A stretch of 64,000 nt of DNA from Eledone cirrhosa (GCA_964016885.1 CAXHJY010000370.1:1-64000), one strand, 5' to 3'; positions 49,482 to 63,862 are shown, counted from the first letter of the stretch. Notes: generated by a model not told the origin, from the letters alone. Made by a program: numbers and translations.

Positions 49482-50577
49482 ATATACATATATATATATA
49501 TATACACATTATATATATACACATTATATATATGCACACATACAGACACTTATATATATATGGTTTTCACTGAATAATCTCTTAGCAGGGGTGTCAGCCG
49601 TTCAGTATGTGGTCGTTTGGAACTGGGGTTGGTAGGGTGGGGTCTCCAGTAGAAAAGGTCACAGCAGGTGCTCGAACACCACACACCATGGCCCCTTCCC
49701 TCCACCTACACATTCTACTGCTCCTTAACACATTAACCCGCATCCCTGCTCCCCCCCCCACGCTACCCTCACGATGGTGTTAGTTACCACTGTGCTCCCA
49801 CCGCACTGCCCGTAACCCATTATCCCCCCTCCACCCTCACCTTTAATTTTACTACCCCTCCACCTCACACATGCTGGAGTTAGTTACCAATACCCCCTCC
49901 TTCCTTCCCCCACCCCCACCCCACAGTTCACATTTACCGAAATTTTATCTCCTTTCCATCTCCACATCATCAGTTCTGTCTTCACACAAACATACATACA
50001 CACACACATATATATATATATATATACATACATACACACACATATATATATACATACTCATACACATACATATATATATATATACACACACATATATATA
50101 TACATATACACACACATATATAGATACACATATACACATATACATTATATATATATATATATATATATATACATACGTACATATACATACAAATACATAA
50201 ATACGTATATACATACAAACCTCAAACTTACACATACTCACACAAACACACACATTTACTAATAGTCATACACACACACAAACACACACATTTATTAATA
50301 GTCATACGCATAGACATACACACACACACATGTGTGTGTGTGTGTCTACCCACAAGCATGTAAATGTAGATGTGGTCAAATGGTTAAGAAGTTCGCTTGG
50401 CAGTCCCAAGGTTCAGAGTTCAAATCCACCGTACGTCATCTTGTATAAGTGTCTTTAATCACAGCCTCATAACACCGTAGAGTGTGTCTTCTAAAGTTCA
50501 TTGCACAAACATAGTTTTAGGTTCAGTGCAACAATCCATACAGTGTTAAACTGTTAATTCCTTGAACAGTGATTTTA

Positions 50578-50798
50578 TAATGGTTTCTTATATAGGCATA
50601 AGGCCAGCAATTTTTTGGGGAGGGGAAGTCGATTAAATCGACCTCAGTGCGTGACTGGTACTTTATTTTATCGACTCCGTAAGGATGAAAGGCAAAGTTA
50701 ACCTCGGCGGGATTTGAACTCAGATCATAAAGGACCGTAATTCTATGCTGCAAAGCATAGCGTCCCACCCTCTACCGATACTGCCAATCCACCACCCT
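50578..50798 (-). mobile_element. SINE family A
   Basis: Full copy. Confidence 0.85.
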
Positions 50799-50861
50799 GA
50801 ACAGTGTTTTGATAATGCCAAGACAAACAACAGCAAGTGAAGATTGAACAACGAAGACACT

Positions 50862-51252
50862 AGTGTCTGACGTCGTTTGTAGTCAGATCATTGTTTGCTT
50901 TGATCGTGGATCAGTGACATTTTGATCGTGGATCAGTGACATTCATGTATACACGAGTGTCTGACGACGTTCGTAGTAAGCTCACTGTTTGTTTTGATCG
51001 TGGATCAGAGACATTTTGATCATGGATCAGTGACATTTTGATCGTGGATCAGTGACATTTTGATCGTAAATCAGTGACATTCATGTATACACGAGTGTCT
51101 GACGTCGTTCGTAGTCAGCTCACTGTTTGTTTTGATCGTGGATCAGTGACATTTTGAACGTGGATCAGTGACATTCATGTATACATGAGTGTCTGACGTC
51201 GTTCTAAATCAGCTCAGTTTGTTTTGAGCGTGGATCAGTGACATTCGTGTAT
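50862..51252. repeat. Higher-order minisatellite (22-bp ttttgatcgtggatcagtgaca inside a larger unit)
   Basis: Four units starting agtgtctgacg, each with 1-4 of the 22-bp subunits. Confidence 0.9.
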
Positions 51253-51344
51253 TTACATACGAACCAAAAAACTGGAAAATATTACCATTACATGAGAGGA
51301 TTTTTGCCTCATTACTGGACTGATATAAATCTGATAATTAATTA

Positions 51345-51757
51345 GCCGTAACACTATGCTGCAAAGCATGGCGTTGATCCTCAACGAGTTCTGCCAGTCC
51401 ACCGTATTTGCTTTTAATAATGGTCTCTGATTTAGACATAAGGCCAACAATTTTTTGAGGAGGGTAAAGTCGATTAAGTCGACCCCAGTGCGTCACTGGT
51501 ACTTTATTTTATCGACCCCGTAAGGATGAAAGACGAAGCTAACATTAGCGTGATTTAATAATAATAATTGTTACTACTTTTGGCACAAGGCCAGTAATTA
51601 CCTCAGTGTATTACTGGTACTTTCTTTTATCAACCCCGTAAGGATGAAAGGTAAAGTTAACCTAAGCGGGATTTGAACTCAGACCATAAAGAGCCGTAAC
51701 TCTTTGCTGCAAAGCATGGCGTCCGACCCTCTCCCGATACTGCCAATCCACCGCCCT
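51345..51757 (-). mobile_element. Clustered SINE family A copies
   Basis: Partial copies at 51345-51545 and a full copy at 51565-51757. Confidence 0.8.
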
Positions 51758-52184
51758 TGTGATTTAATAATAATAATGGTCTCTGGTTTAGGCATGTGAT
51801 GTGTAACGGCGGCTGCAACATGACGCCGTACTATATTCTTACTACGGACGGGTTATATTCTTCGCTCAACGCTTACTTGTTGCACCCGGCCCTGACCTAT
51901 TCGAATGCCTATTGTGGTTGATGCACGTTGAATGAATTTGGTGCACCAGACGACTGCACATTACAGCAATACGTCTGGTGTCGTCTGTCAACAATGAAAT
52001 AATAAAGAAGCGCGTCGGCGCGCAACTACACACACACTCACTCTTACACTGTCATTCATATCAATACACATACACATATTTACGTTTTCAGGGAAAAAAC
52101 ATACGCAAGCACAGACATATTCAACAAATAAAGAAGCATACATATACACATATACACACACACACATATATAAATGTATTTTCC

Positions 52185-52225
<41 letters not shown>

Positions 52226-52333
52226 CTTTATATGTATATATATATGAGCATGTATATATATATATGTGTATGTATATAATACATACATACAGACACACAA
52301 AATGGTACACGTAGATACACATACAGATAGATA

Positions 52334-52637
52334 CGAGGGTAATCCCAAAAGAAAGGTCTCCAAAGCGATGGGGACACAGAGAAACTGTTCGTACGTCTGT
52401 TGGCAACACTGTTGTGATTGGTGCTTCCTTCACTCCCAAACAAGCATGCGCGCGCTTCGCTGGGATGCTCAATCTTGGCTCGGCAGCCGTTGAGAATGGA
52501 GCTCCCATTAAAGATCGGCGGATCACTCTGGATGCGCTCTGCATTTTGGTTCCTGAGGTTTGTCGAAGCACCATCCACAGGATTTTAACGGAAAAGTTGC
52601 AATATTGGAAGGAGACCTTACTTTTGGGATTGCCCTC

Positions 52638-52638
<1 letters not shown>
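52334..52638 (+). mobile_element. Internally deleted mariner element (MITE-like)
   Basis: About 28-bp TIRs CGAGGGTAATCCCAAAAGAAAGGTCTCC / GGAGACCTTACTTTTGGGATTGCCCTCG; TA on the left, TG on the right. Internal transposase HTH remnant IKDRRITLDAL..STIHRILTEKLQY. Confidence 0.85.
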
Positions 52639-52677
<39 letters not shown>

Positions 52678-53185
52678 TAATAAACATATATACAAACATA
52701 CATATACATATATTCATACATATATAAAATCAAACTTAAGAGAAATAGTGAACACACATGCATTTATAGATACATATATACATACATATATAAAATCAAA
52801 CTTAGAAGAAAGATTGAACATACATGCATATATAGATAGATATATACATACATATATAGATATATACATACATATATGATTTGGTAGATCTAGTCTACCA
52901 AATAATAATAATATAAAATTAAATCAAATTGTTTAGAACTACAAGTGAAGTCATTCTTTTCTTTTTTTTAAATTACCTAACTGTACCAAGGATTCCACAC
53001 ATTTTCCAATATATATATATATATATTCGATATGTCTCATATGAAATAATACAACCAATTTTCCACACAACACATTTAGTTAGCACCCCGAACGTTTAAT
53101 TAGGAATATACTCACTTATTTCCTAATGTTTGTTGAGTGAGTTGGAATTTGGCCGGAGTATCGCTTAAAGCTTTCTCCGATGATG

Positions 53186-53269
<84 letters not shown>

Positions 53270-53348
53270 AAAGTTTTATTTATTCCTACATAATGGTCGC
53301 TCATATTTATGGTACGTCAAAATTATTTATAAAACTGTTTATATATTG

Positions 53349-53414
53349 TATTTTATCTGACGAAGGCATGCCATATTTTTAATATGGTATCCCCGAAATA
53401 TGTATAATGAAATA
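53349..53414 (+). ncRNA. Minimal type I hammerhead ribozyme
   Basis: TATTTTAT CTGACGA AGGCATGCCATATT..AATATGGTATCCCC GAAA TATGTA TA ATGAAATA. Confidence 0.75.
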
Positions 53415-53811
53415 AATATGGTTTTATAAATATAGTTTCCATTTGTTTAATATCGTATATATATATATAATAAACAACATAAGATAATTATTTCATTTAC
53501 CAGTGGTATCTTGAAGACTGGTATTTATGTCTGTCTTTATTCATCAGAAAGAATAATATGATTTCATATTATTCTTTCTGATGAATGAAGACAGACATAA
53601 ATATCAGTCTTAAAGATACCACTGGTAAAAGCTCTCTATATACTTACAATTATTAAATTAAAACAGATTAAAGTTTAAGCAAAGAATCGTTGCTTTCACC
53701 TTTAACGGGATCTTCTGAAACTCTTAAGAAATATTTGCTCTATGGTTTTTATCCTTATCCAGCCCTCTTTGGATTTTAGTCTTCACATTTATTATTATTA
53801 CTATATACTTA

Positions 53812-54002
53812 TAATTGTTTTTACTTTTGGCACAAGAGCAGCAACTACCCAGTGCATTACTGGTACTTTATTTTATCTACCCAGTAAGGATGAAAGGCAA
53901 AGTTAACCTCGGCGGTATTTGAACTCAGAATGGCAAGGACCGTAACTCTATGCGTCAAAGCATGGCGTCCAACCCTCTACCGATACTGCCAATCCACCGC
54001 CC
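53812..54002 (-). mobile_element. SINE family A
   Basis: Full copy flanked by duplicated tatacttataat. Confidence 0.85.
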
Positions 54003-54120
54003 TTTTATACTTATAATATATATATAAGTGTAGACCAGTCCGAGCTGAGGAGACGCTAAGTTGAAACTGTTGTGTTTCCACTTCTACCATGGACTGACTG
54101 CTCTGCCACTATGGTTATTA

Positions 54121-54203
<83 letters not shown>

Positions 54204-54220
54204 TATATATATATATAATG

Positions 54221-54279
<59 letters not shown>

Positions 54280-54291
54280 AATGTATATATA

Positions 54292-54334
<43 letters not shown>

Positions 54335-54353
54335 AATGTATATATATATATAT

Positions 54354-54390
<37 letters not shown>

Positions 54391-54398
54391 ATATTTTC

Positions 54399-54430
<32 letters not shown>

Positions 54431-54823
54431 ATATATAGTACAGCGTTCCTTTGTCAGGGTTGAACAAACGGGCAACGATGGTTGCTGGACACTACGGCTT
54501 AATACGGGATGTTTGTTTACAAACACACCGAGCATTATAATAAATGTTCGGTGAATCTATACGTACATATATATATGTGTGCATGTGTGTATATATATTT
54601 ACATACTACTGTACGTCTGTATACATATATGTATGTACGTGTACATACTTATATTTAAGTAACAGCCGTACTAAGAGTGGGAAATGAAATTTCGTTTCAT
54701 TTATTCCGTTTATCGTTTTCGGTGCACCCGGCCGAATAACCCACTCGATATGCAAATTGGGCTACTCAGCCGTTAATATGCATAAGGTAAGTATATACGT
54801 TCAACAATCTGGCAGGAAGGTAT

Positions 54824-54866
54824 ACGTTGCTGACGATAGCTAACAAGCTTGAAACTAGTACAGCGT
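54824..54866 (+). ncRNA. Minimal type I hammerhead ribozyme at a tandem-repeat junction
   Basis: ACGTTG CTGACGA T-AGCT-AACA-AGCT-T GAAA CTAG TA CAGCGT. Confidence 0.8.
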
Positions 54867-55341
54867 TCCTTTGTCAGTGTTGAACAAACGAGCAACGGTG
54901 GTTGCTAGACACTACGACTTAATACGGGATGTTTGTTTACAAACACAGCGAGAATTATAATAAATGTTCGGTGAATCCATACGTGCATATATATATGTGT
55001 GCATGTATGTATATATATATACTTACTACTGTACGTCGGTATACATATATGTATGTACGTGTACATACTGATATATATATATTTATAGATATATATATAT
55101 TTATAGATATATATATATTTATATATATATATATTTATATATATATATATTTATATATATATATATTTATATATATATATTTATATATATATATATTTAT
55201 ATATATATATATTTATATATATATATATTTATATATATATATTTATATATATATATTTATATATATATATTTATATATATATATTTATATATATATATTT
55301 ATATATATATTTATATATATATATATTTATATATATATATT

Positions 55342-55376
<35 letters not shown>

Positions 55377-55377
55377 T

Positions 55378-55416
<39 letters not shown>

Positions 55417-55419
55417 ATT

Positions 55420-55477
<58 letters not shown>

Positions 55478-55751
55478 GTCATGCTGATAGGAAATACTAT
55501 TTCCCGTAGGCATGACTTGGCAAGCTATTTAGAACACTGGTTTAACGGCTTTACTTCCCTCCGAACAAGAGATATTATCTCGAAAATTAAGGACACTTAA
55601 ATAAATCTAAGGTAAAAGACTAATTGTCAACAATATCTTTTGCATTTGCATTCTTTATTCTATGTCCATACCTGCATTGTTTTGGCTTTATTATACATAT
55701 ACAAACGTTTATACCTCATTACACAATGCTTCAAGTGAACTCTAACTTCCT

Positions 55752-55800
<49 letters not shown>

Positions 55801-56479
55801 ATATATATATATGTAATATATACACACACACACACATATATATATATAATATATATATATGTAATATATATGCATATAATATATAAATATATATATAATA
55901 TATAAATATACATATAATATATATATACATACAATATATATATACATATAATATATATATATAGAGAGAGAGTGTGGGGGGTAAAGAGAAGGTAAAAGAA
56001 GTAGAGGAAGACGAGAGAGAGAGGCAGAGTGAGAAAGAGAAATTGGGGTGGGGTGGGGGAGATGAGAGGAGATCTAGAAATGTTCTGAAAGTAGAGACAA
56101 TATTTAAACAAATATCAATGCTGACCTAACATATCTTTGGGGTTAATCATGGCGTTTAAACCTGTTGACTTTCTCTATTTTCCACTGTACAACTGCTACA
56201 TAAGCGACCTTATAAGTGGCGAGTGATATACAGTGAAAGCAGACGACATGTTTTGGGCATTATATTTTTTGTTTCGGTTGTTTCTTTTTTTATTTTATTT
56301 TATTTTTTTGGTTACTCGGGAAGGTTATTCACTCACATTACACACTTAAACTAACAGCCGTCACTAGCAATTGAGTATGACTTCGATAGTTATGAAAAAA
56401 ATATGGTTTCGATAAGGGTGTAAGATGGCCGACGCAGTTAGTTTTGCGAGCAAGACACAGACGCCGACACACATACACA

Positions 56480-56536
<57 letters not shown>

Positions 56537-56954
56537 GTTGCTGTCTCGGGTTGTGGTTGATCGCTTGATTAAGATCAGAGATCAGTTTCCAGAGCCTACC
56601 ACAGAGGTCATCAAGAAGAAGAAGAGAAGAAGAAGAAAAGAAAAAGAATCCCCTCTTAGCTCTCTCTTGATCCAGCGGAACATCCAGGGTGTTGACAGCT
56701 GCGTGTGTCAGAGAAAAAGAGAGGGGGGGGGGGGGGGAGAGACAGAGAGAGGGAGGGGGGGGGGGAGAAAGTATGGAAGTCAAAGCGAAAGTGAATCTCG
56801 GCAGAATTTGAACTCAGAACGCCAGACACGAGAAACAAACATGCCTCGTTCTCACAATTCTGAAACACCAACCACCTTACTCATATACATACATACACTT
56901 ATATATACACATTCACTCACACACACACACACACACACTCACACACACATATAT

Positions 56955-57360
56955 CATCACCATCTGGTTGAGCTTGCTCGGACATTCATGAGTCCAATAC
57001 GCCATCTATCACGATCAAGCATAAGTATTGGGAGGTCATAAGAAAAGCATCCCGAGTCTCTCTATATGGTTGGTCAATGGAAGTTAAAGCTGGTCATCCA
57101 ACCTTCCTCTGACCACAGCTAGGTCCCCAAAGCAAAAGATCACTAACAAGATCTTGCTTAGCTCACAAGCAATGTCCTGCAAATCACATCCCTCGTTCCT
57201 GCAATATTACAGATATATCAGAGATAGGACCATAGAGAAGTTCTTTAGTAGGATGTTGTATCTATAAGATATTAAGTACAGCCCTCAGTATCCGTGTATA
57301 AGTTCCACCCAAATCGAATATTGGTATTAATATTCGAAAAACTCAGATTATATTTATTAT
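56955..57360 (-). mobile_element. Degraded RTE-type LINE 3' fragment (second family)
   Basis: Minus strand resembles R.R.FAGHC.R..LVSDLLLW.P..GR..MLDRDRWR with frameshifts. Confidence 0.55.
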
Positions 57361-57522
57361 ATCATCATCCACTTTTCTAAAAAAACCAGATCATACACAA
57401 AACGCCAGCACTAACAGTTTTCCAAGAGATGTCAACATGAATGGATCTGTTATTTTTATCTAAAGACATTTTTTCCTATTCCAACCCGCCAGTGCCTTCA
57501 ATCTATATTATTTCTCATTCTT

Positions 57523-57558
57523 TCTTCTGATGAAGGACTAGCGTCCGAAACGTTAAGA
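57523..57558 (+). ncRNA. Minimal type I hammerhead ribozyme
   Basis: TCTT CTGATGA A GGAC-TAGC-GTCC GAAA CG TT AAGA; degenerate relative at 7886-7921. Confidence 0.8.
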
Positions 57559-57643
57559 CCCTCTTCCTGCTATATCAAGCGTTAACCTAATATATCCCTT
57601 CCATATACTGTACCGATTGTGTTCTTATTTATGTTTACCTTTT

Positions 57644-57728
<85 letters not shown>

Positions 57729-57924
57729 TTTATTTAGGTTTGTTGGTTCACCACTGGACAGAACTGGTCATTCCGTATGGTCAACCTCGATGTAATATTA
57801 TGGAGAGCACTCAACGTAATGCAACTCACCCGTCTTCGTTTGTGTAGTTGGGGGTGCGAGTACGGAGTTAATTATTATAAAATAACAGGAGGCTGGACTG
57901 GTGTAAATCCTTGAAAGGTTTATT

Positions 57925-57982
57925 ATACTATGATCATTTCAATGACCGGGTTCAGTATGAATCCGGTGACATCATCAGGTAT
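57925..57982 (-). ncRNA. Minimal type I hammerhead ribozyme
   Basis: rc: ATAC CTGATGA TGTCACCGG..CCGGTCATT GAAA TGATCA TA GTAT. Confidence 0.75.
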
Positions 57983-58133
57983 TCGAAATATAACAAGGGA
58001 ATATAATAGACAAAATCCATGGGTCTGAAAATCAGAGACAGGAGGGCGGCCAAACATTTAGCAGCTTCTACCCTGGTCAGCCGCCCTCAATTATAATTAA
58101 TATATATATATATATATATACTGTATATATATA

Positions 58134-58210
<77 letters not shown>

Positions 58211-58250
58211 TTCAAATATTAACAAAATAGATATTCTTGTGATCAATTAA

Positions 58251-58449
58251 ATTTTATTATACACATTTCAGAGGTACTGAATCAAGTTCAACAGTACGTC
58301 CTCATCAGATAAAATAAAATGATACATGACATACCCTGACATGTTAGATGGTTAAGATTTAATCAAGGTAGTTTATTTTATTTTATTTTATCTGATGAGG
58401 ACGTACTATTGAACTGAACTCAGTACCTCTGAAATATGTATAATAAAAT
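58251..58449. ncRNA. Inverted pair of hammerheads (-58251-58315, +58385-58449)
   Basis: Same family as 24629 and 36443, in divergent orientation. Confidence 0.75.
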
Positions 58450-58586
58450 TTAATTGATCACAAGAACATCTATTTTGTTAATATTTGAATAAATATTAAT
58501 AACTCTGGAAAATATCTTTCTGTAGAGTGCTTTCAATCTACTGTAAAACACATTCTTTGATCTACTCATTGAATCTTGTTTAACTC

Positions 58587-58621
<35 letters not shown>

Positions 58622-58641
58622 CATACATATATATATATATG

Positions 58642-58680
<39 letters not shown>

Positions 58681-58720
58681 TACATACATATACATACATA
58701 TATATATATGTATATGTATG

Positions 58721-58805
<85 letters not shown>

Positions 58806-58846
58806 GAGTTAAACAAGATTCAATGAGTAGATCAAAGAATGATTTT

Positions 58847-58885
<39 letters not shown>

Positions 58886-59312
58886 AGTATAGTGATGTGT
58901 AGAGGAATTTCAGTCAAGAAAATGTGGATGTCTGAACTGTAACGGTTTAGGGGGAGTTTGCTTACAACATGACTGGATAAAAAGTGTATATATGTAAGTT
59001 TGTGAGTGTGTGATTGTGGGTGGTTGTGCGTGGAGATGAATGTGTATGCATGAGTGTTGTATGTATGTATGTATGTTTGTGTGAATATATGATTGTGAGT
59101 TGTGTCTACAGGCTCGTGTACGTTCTGTGTATTTGTGCGCGCGCGTGTCTCTGTGTGTGTGTGTGTGTGTTGTGCACTTCAAATAAAAACAGTGGTAAGT
59201 ATTGTTACAAGATGTTTTGGTCAGAGGTCACATGATATAATGAACTACAGACACTATATATGATACATACATAAGAATCATATATATATATATATATGAA
59301 ATATATATATAT

Positions 59313-59345
<33 letters not shown>

Positions 59346-59369
59346 TTCATATATATTTCATATATATAT

Positions 59370-59404
<35 letters not shown>

Positions 59405-59428
59405 TTCATATATATTTCATATATATAT

Positions 59429-59467
<39 letters not shown>

Positions 59468-59489
59468 CATATATATTTCATATATATAT

Positions 59490-59524
<35 letters not shown>

Positions 59525-59531
59525 TTCATAT

Positions 59532-59605
<74 letters not shown>

Positions 59606-59619
59606 ATATATATATATAT

Positions 59620-59663
<44 letters not shown>

Positions 59664-59680
59664 ATATATATATATATATG

Positions 59681-59730
<50 letters not shown>

Positions 59731-59837
59731 AATATATATATATGAAATATATATACATATATATATATATATGAAATATATATATGAAATATATATATAT
59801 ATGAAATATATATATATATGAAATATATATATATATG

Positions 59838-59893
<56 letters not shown>

Positions 59894-59910
59894 AAATATA
59901 TATATATGAA

Positions 59911-59945
<35 letters not shown>

Positions 59946-59970
59946 ATATATATATATATAAACTTAGAAT

Positions 59971-60007
<37 letters not shown>

Positions 60008-60104
60008 GCACATATAGTTCAGATACATACACTCAAAAATTTACAAACTCATACACACACATATATATACATATATATACACACACATATATATATATAT
60101 ATAT

Positions 60105-60165
<61 letters not shown>

Positions 60166-60386
60166 CATATACACATATATATATACATATATACATATAC
60201 ACATATATATATACATATATATATATATACACATATATATATATATATACGCATATATATATACACATATATATATACATATATATATATACACATATAT
60301 ATAAATATATATATATATACATATATATATATACATATATACATATATATATATACATATATATACACACATATATATATATACAC

Positions 60387-60417
<31 letters not shown>

Positions 60418-60781
60418 TATATATATACATATATATATATGGTTGTGTATGTTTGAATATAAATGTACACAAAAAGGTGAGGATCGGGGTGAGTAGAGGG
60501 AGAGAGAGGCGAGCGTAGCTATGAGAATGAGGGAGAGGGAAGGAGGTGTGGGGTGGTGGTGGTGGTGGTGGTGGGGGGGGGGGGCTATTTGGTATTTGGG
60601 GAATCGGGAGTACTTGAAACAATGTGGTTCTCCAAGAACGTCGAACTGACAACACAACAGAAAACAAAACCGGAGAATGTCACAATATCGACCAATCAAA
60701 TTGCAGCATGTGTTTTAGACATAGCATTGGTACAAGTGACACCATCAACGAAACTACCATCCCCACCACCACCACCACCAT

Positions 60782-60850
<69 letters not shown>

Positions 60851-61030
60851 TTCAAGAGTAACCAATCTTAAAGAAAGAGATGGAGAGAAGAGATTGGTGA
60901 ATTAGTTAGAAGCCAAAGCGTAAAAGGCATGTGCTCAATGTGCAATATGCAGTAGAAAGCAGCTAGGTGGCTGGGTTCATGCAGAGGTTAGGTGCGCAGA
61001 GCTGGAAATATTCTTGTTTTGCTTAACTAA

Positions 61031-61067
<37 letters not shown>

Positions 61068-61070
<3 letters not shown>

Positions 61071-61333
61071 AACGAGTAGGACCCCGACGGCTGAGCTCAA
61101 GCCGTTTCGACGGCGAATTCCAGAATTAGCCGTCGAAACAGCTTGAACTCAGCCGTCGGGGTCCTACTCGTTCCTATTATTACCCACTCTACTACCCTAA
61201 GTAGGGTAGTAGAGTGGGGTAATAGGAAAAAGTTTAACCCCCGACGGCACAGCTCAAGCCGTTTCGACGGCTATTTATGTCCAGAAATAGCCGTCGAAAC
61301 GGCTTGAGCTCTTCCGTCGGGGTTAAAGTTTTT

Positions 61334-61336
<3 letters not shown>
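61068..61336. repeat. Family P nested palindromes
   Basis: Two hairpin units joined through ctactaccctaagtagggtagtag. Confidence 0.85.
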
Positions 61337-61392
<56 letters not shown>

Positions 61393-61961
61393 TTATTTAT
61401 GTAATAAACAAAACAAGACAATTATTTAATTTACCAAAGGTTTCACGAAGATAGCTATTTATTGATTTATTAATTTATTATTTGAGTGACCCGAATTTTC
61501 CTGGTCGTTTTTTTCGGCTGTGCGAATGATTTTAGGCATCGTCTCTATGTGTTGGTATTTTAACGATAGTTATAGCTCTGGTTTATCCAAACTATTGAGC
61601 CCTCTGCCACACATGTCGAAGATTGTTTATCGTTATTTCGTGGGCCGAGATTCTGATTCTCGATTATTTACTTATATATATATATAGATAGAAGATATTA
61701 TAAAGAGTCGGGACCCGACGGCTGAGCTCTTGCCGTTTCAAAAGCTTAGCCGTCGGGTTCCCGACTGTTTATAATAAAACCAAACCCTACTACCCCAAAT
61801 ATCTAGTACTTTGGTGAGTAAACAGAGAAGGAGAATGAAAGAGAGGGAGTGAGCTGGTGGTGTTTTTGTGTGTATATATATATATATGTGTGTGTGTATA
61901 TATATATACGTGTGTGTGTGTGTGTGTGTTTATAACCAGTGTATATAGATCACAGACATCC

Positions 61962-62018
<57 letters not shown>

Positions 62019-62118
62019 TTCATATGTATACACACACACACATTTATATATATACATACATACACGTATATATATATATAGGCCTTCCAGTTTCATTTCA
62101 CATTATATACATGTCTGT

Positions 62119-62303
62119 AGGGCGGTGGATTGGCAGTATCGGTAGAGGGTCGGACGCCATGCTTTGTAGCATAAATTTACGGCCATTCTGAGTTCAAATC
62201 CCGCCGAGGCTAACTTTGCCTTTCATCCTTACGGGGTCGATAAAATAAAGTACCAGTAATGCACTGGGTAATTGCTGGCCTTGTGCCAATAGTAGAAACA
62301 ATT
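62119..62303 (+). mobile_element. SINE family A
   Basis: Full, near-consensus copy flanked by duplicated attatatacatgtctgt. Confidence 0.9.
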
Positions 62304-62632
62304 ATATACATGTCTGTGTATATTTTAATTATTTTAATATTATTTTTAAGTGAACATGATTTTTTAAAAATATTTAGAACTACATACTATATACTGTATA
62401 TATACACTATATATTATATACAAGTTTATTCACATTCCTATACACACACACACAGATATACATATATATGTGTGCGTGTGTGTGTGTGTGAGTGTGTGTG
62501 TGTGTGTGTGTGTGAGTGTGTGTGTCACATTCCTACTCACACACACACACATATATATATTTATATTTGGTCATCAAATATGAAATTTGTAAAAAATTCT
62601 TTTTTTCTACAAATTTCATACTTGACGACCCC

Positions 62633-62676
<44 letters not shown>

Positions 62677-63594
62677 ATGTGTGCGTGTGTATATGTGTGT
62701 GTAGATCTGTATGTGTTTTTGTGTGTTTGCAGGTGTGTGTGTGTGTATGCATCTGTGTGTGTGTGCTTGTGTGTTTATACACGTGAACGCCTCAGGGGTG
62801 TAAGGTGCAATTGTGAGAAGAGAGTGAAAGAGAGAGGGAGGAAGAGAGTGAAAGAGAGAGGGGAGGGAGAGATAGAGGCATGGCAGTAGAGGATTTCGTA
62901 AGATCCTTAAGTCAATTCCCCCTCCCTCTCCACCAAGAACCCCTCTGTCCCAGATCCAACATCTCCCCCTCACACCTTTCCCTACCCCACATCATCACAC
63001 CCTCCTCTCTAAGGCCCACCAACGTCTTTCCCCCATCTACTGCAAGGTCGATGAGTGCACTTTTTATTTTATTTTATTTTTATTTTCAAATCTGACTCAC
63101 GTTCGTTACACTATTTACGAACGCACGTCTATATACACACACACAGATTAACACACACAGATCAACACACACACAGATCAACACACACACACACATAGAT
63201 CAGCACACACACACACATAGATCAGCAGACACACACACACATATATATATATATTGCGTCAAGTATGAAATTTGTAGAAATTTGTAGAATAAAAAACAAA
63301 TTTCTGCAAATTTCAAATTTGACGACGCAATATATTAAAAGTAGCCGAGATTTCCACAGACACGTGTAACCCTTGACAGGGAGATTCAGTGTTGCACAGT
63401 GTGACATGGACGGTGTGTTGAAATTACAGGTACAGTGATCTGACGGGCTTCCAATAATTTGCATTGTTTAGCCTTCTATCTTTCAACGTTATATATTATA
63501 TACAATGCTTTAAGCAAACTATATATATATAAGAGGTTACACAACAGTTAGTTCACCATACCGAAACAATTGTTTCACCTTAGCGGATCCTCAC

Positions 63595-63630
63595 GAGCTG
63601 AGGATCCGCTAAGGTGAAACAATTGTTCTC
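63595..63630 (+). ncRNA. Minimal type I hammerhead ribozyme
   Basis: GAG CTGAGGA T-CC-GCTAA-GG-T GAAA CAATTG TT CTC, inside palindrome 63533-63660; degenerate relative at 54042-54078. Confidence 0.7.
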
Positions 63631-63862
63631 AGTATGGTGAATTAACTGTTGTGTAACCACTTCTGCCTAACTCGTCCCATGGACTGAGTACTCTACCACT
63701 ACGGATATTACCTTCTAGTGTTCTACCACTATATATAATTGGTGTTGGGTGCTTAAAGTGTCCGTATGCGGTAGGCAGTATGAGCACTCGATTCTCTCAT
63801 AGAGCAGAGTATGGTATCACCGAAAAAAAGAGAATCAGTGTTGCGACGAATGGAATTTATTG

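Noticed and set aside
55478-55516. GTCATGC..GCATGAC hairpin with CTGATA
   Set aside because: Lacks the CUGANGA/GAAA core geometry.
56538-56720. Lys/Arg-rich ORF segment
   Set aside because: Driven by (AAG)n; no recognisable domain.
62119-62205. tRNA gene candidates
   Set aside because: The A/B boxes are SINE heads; no complete cloverleaf.
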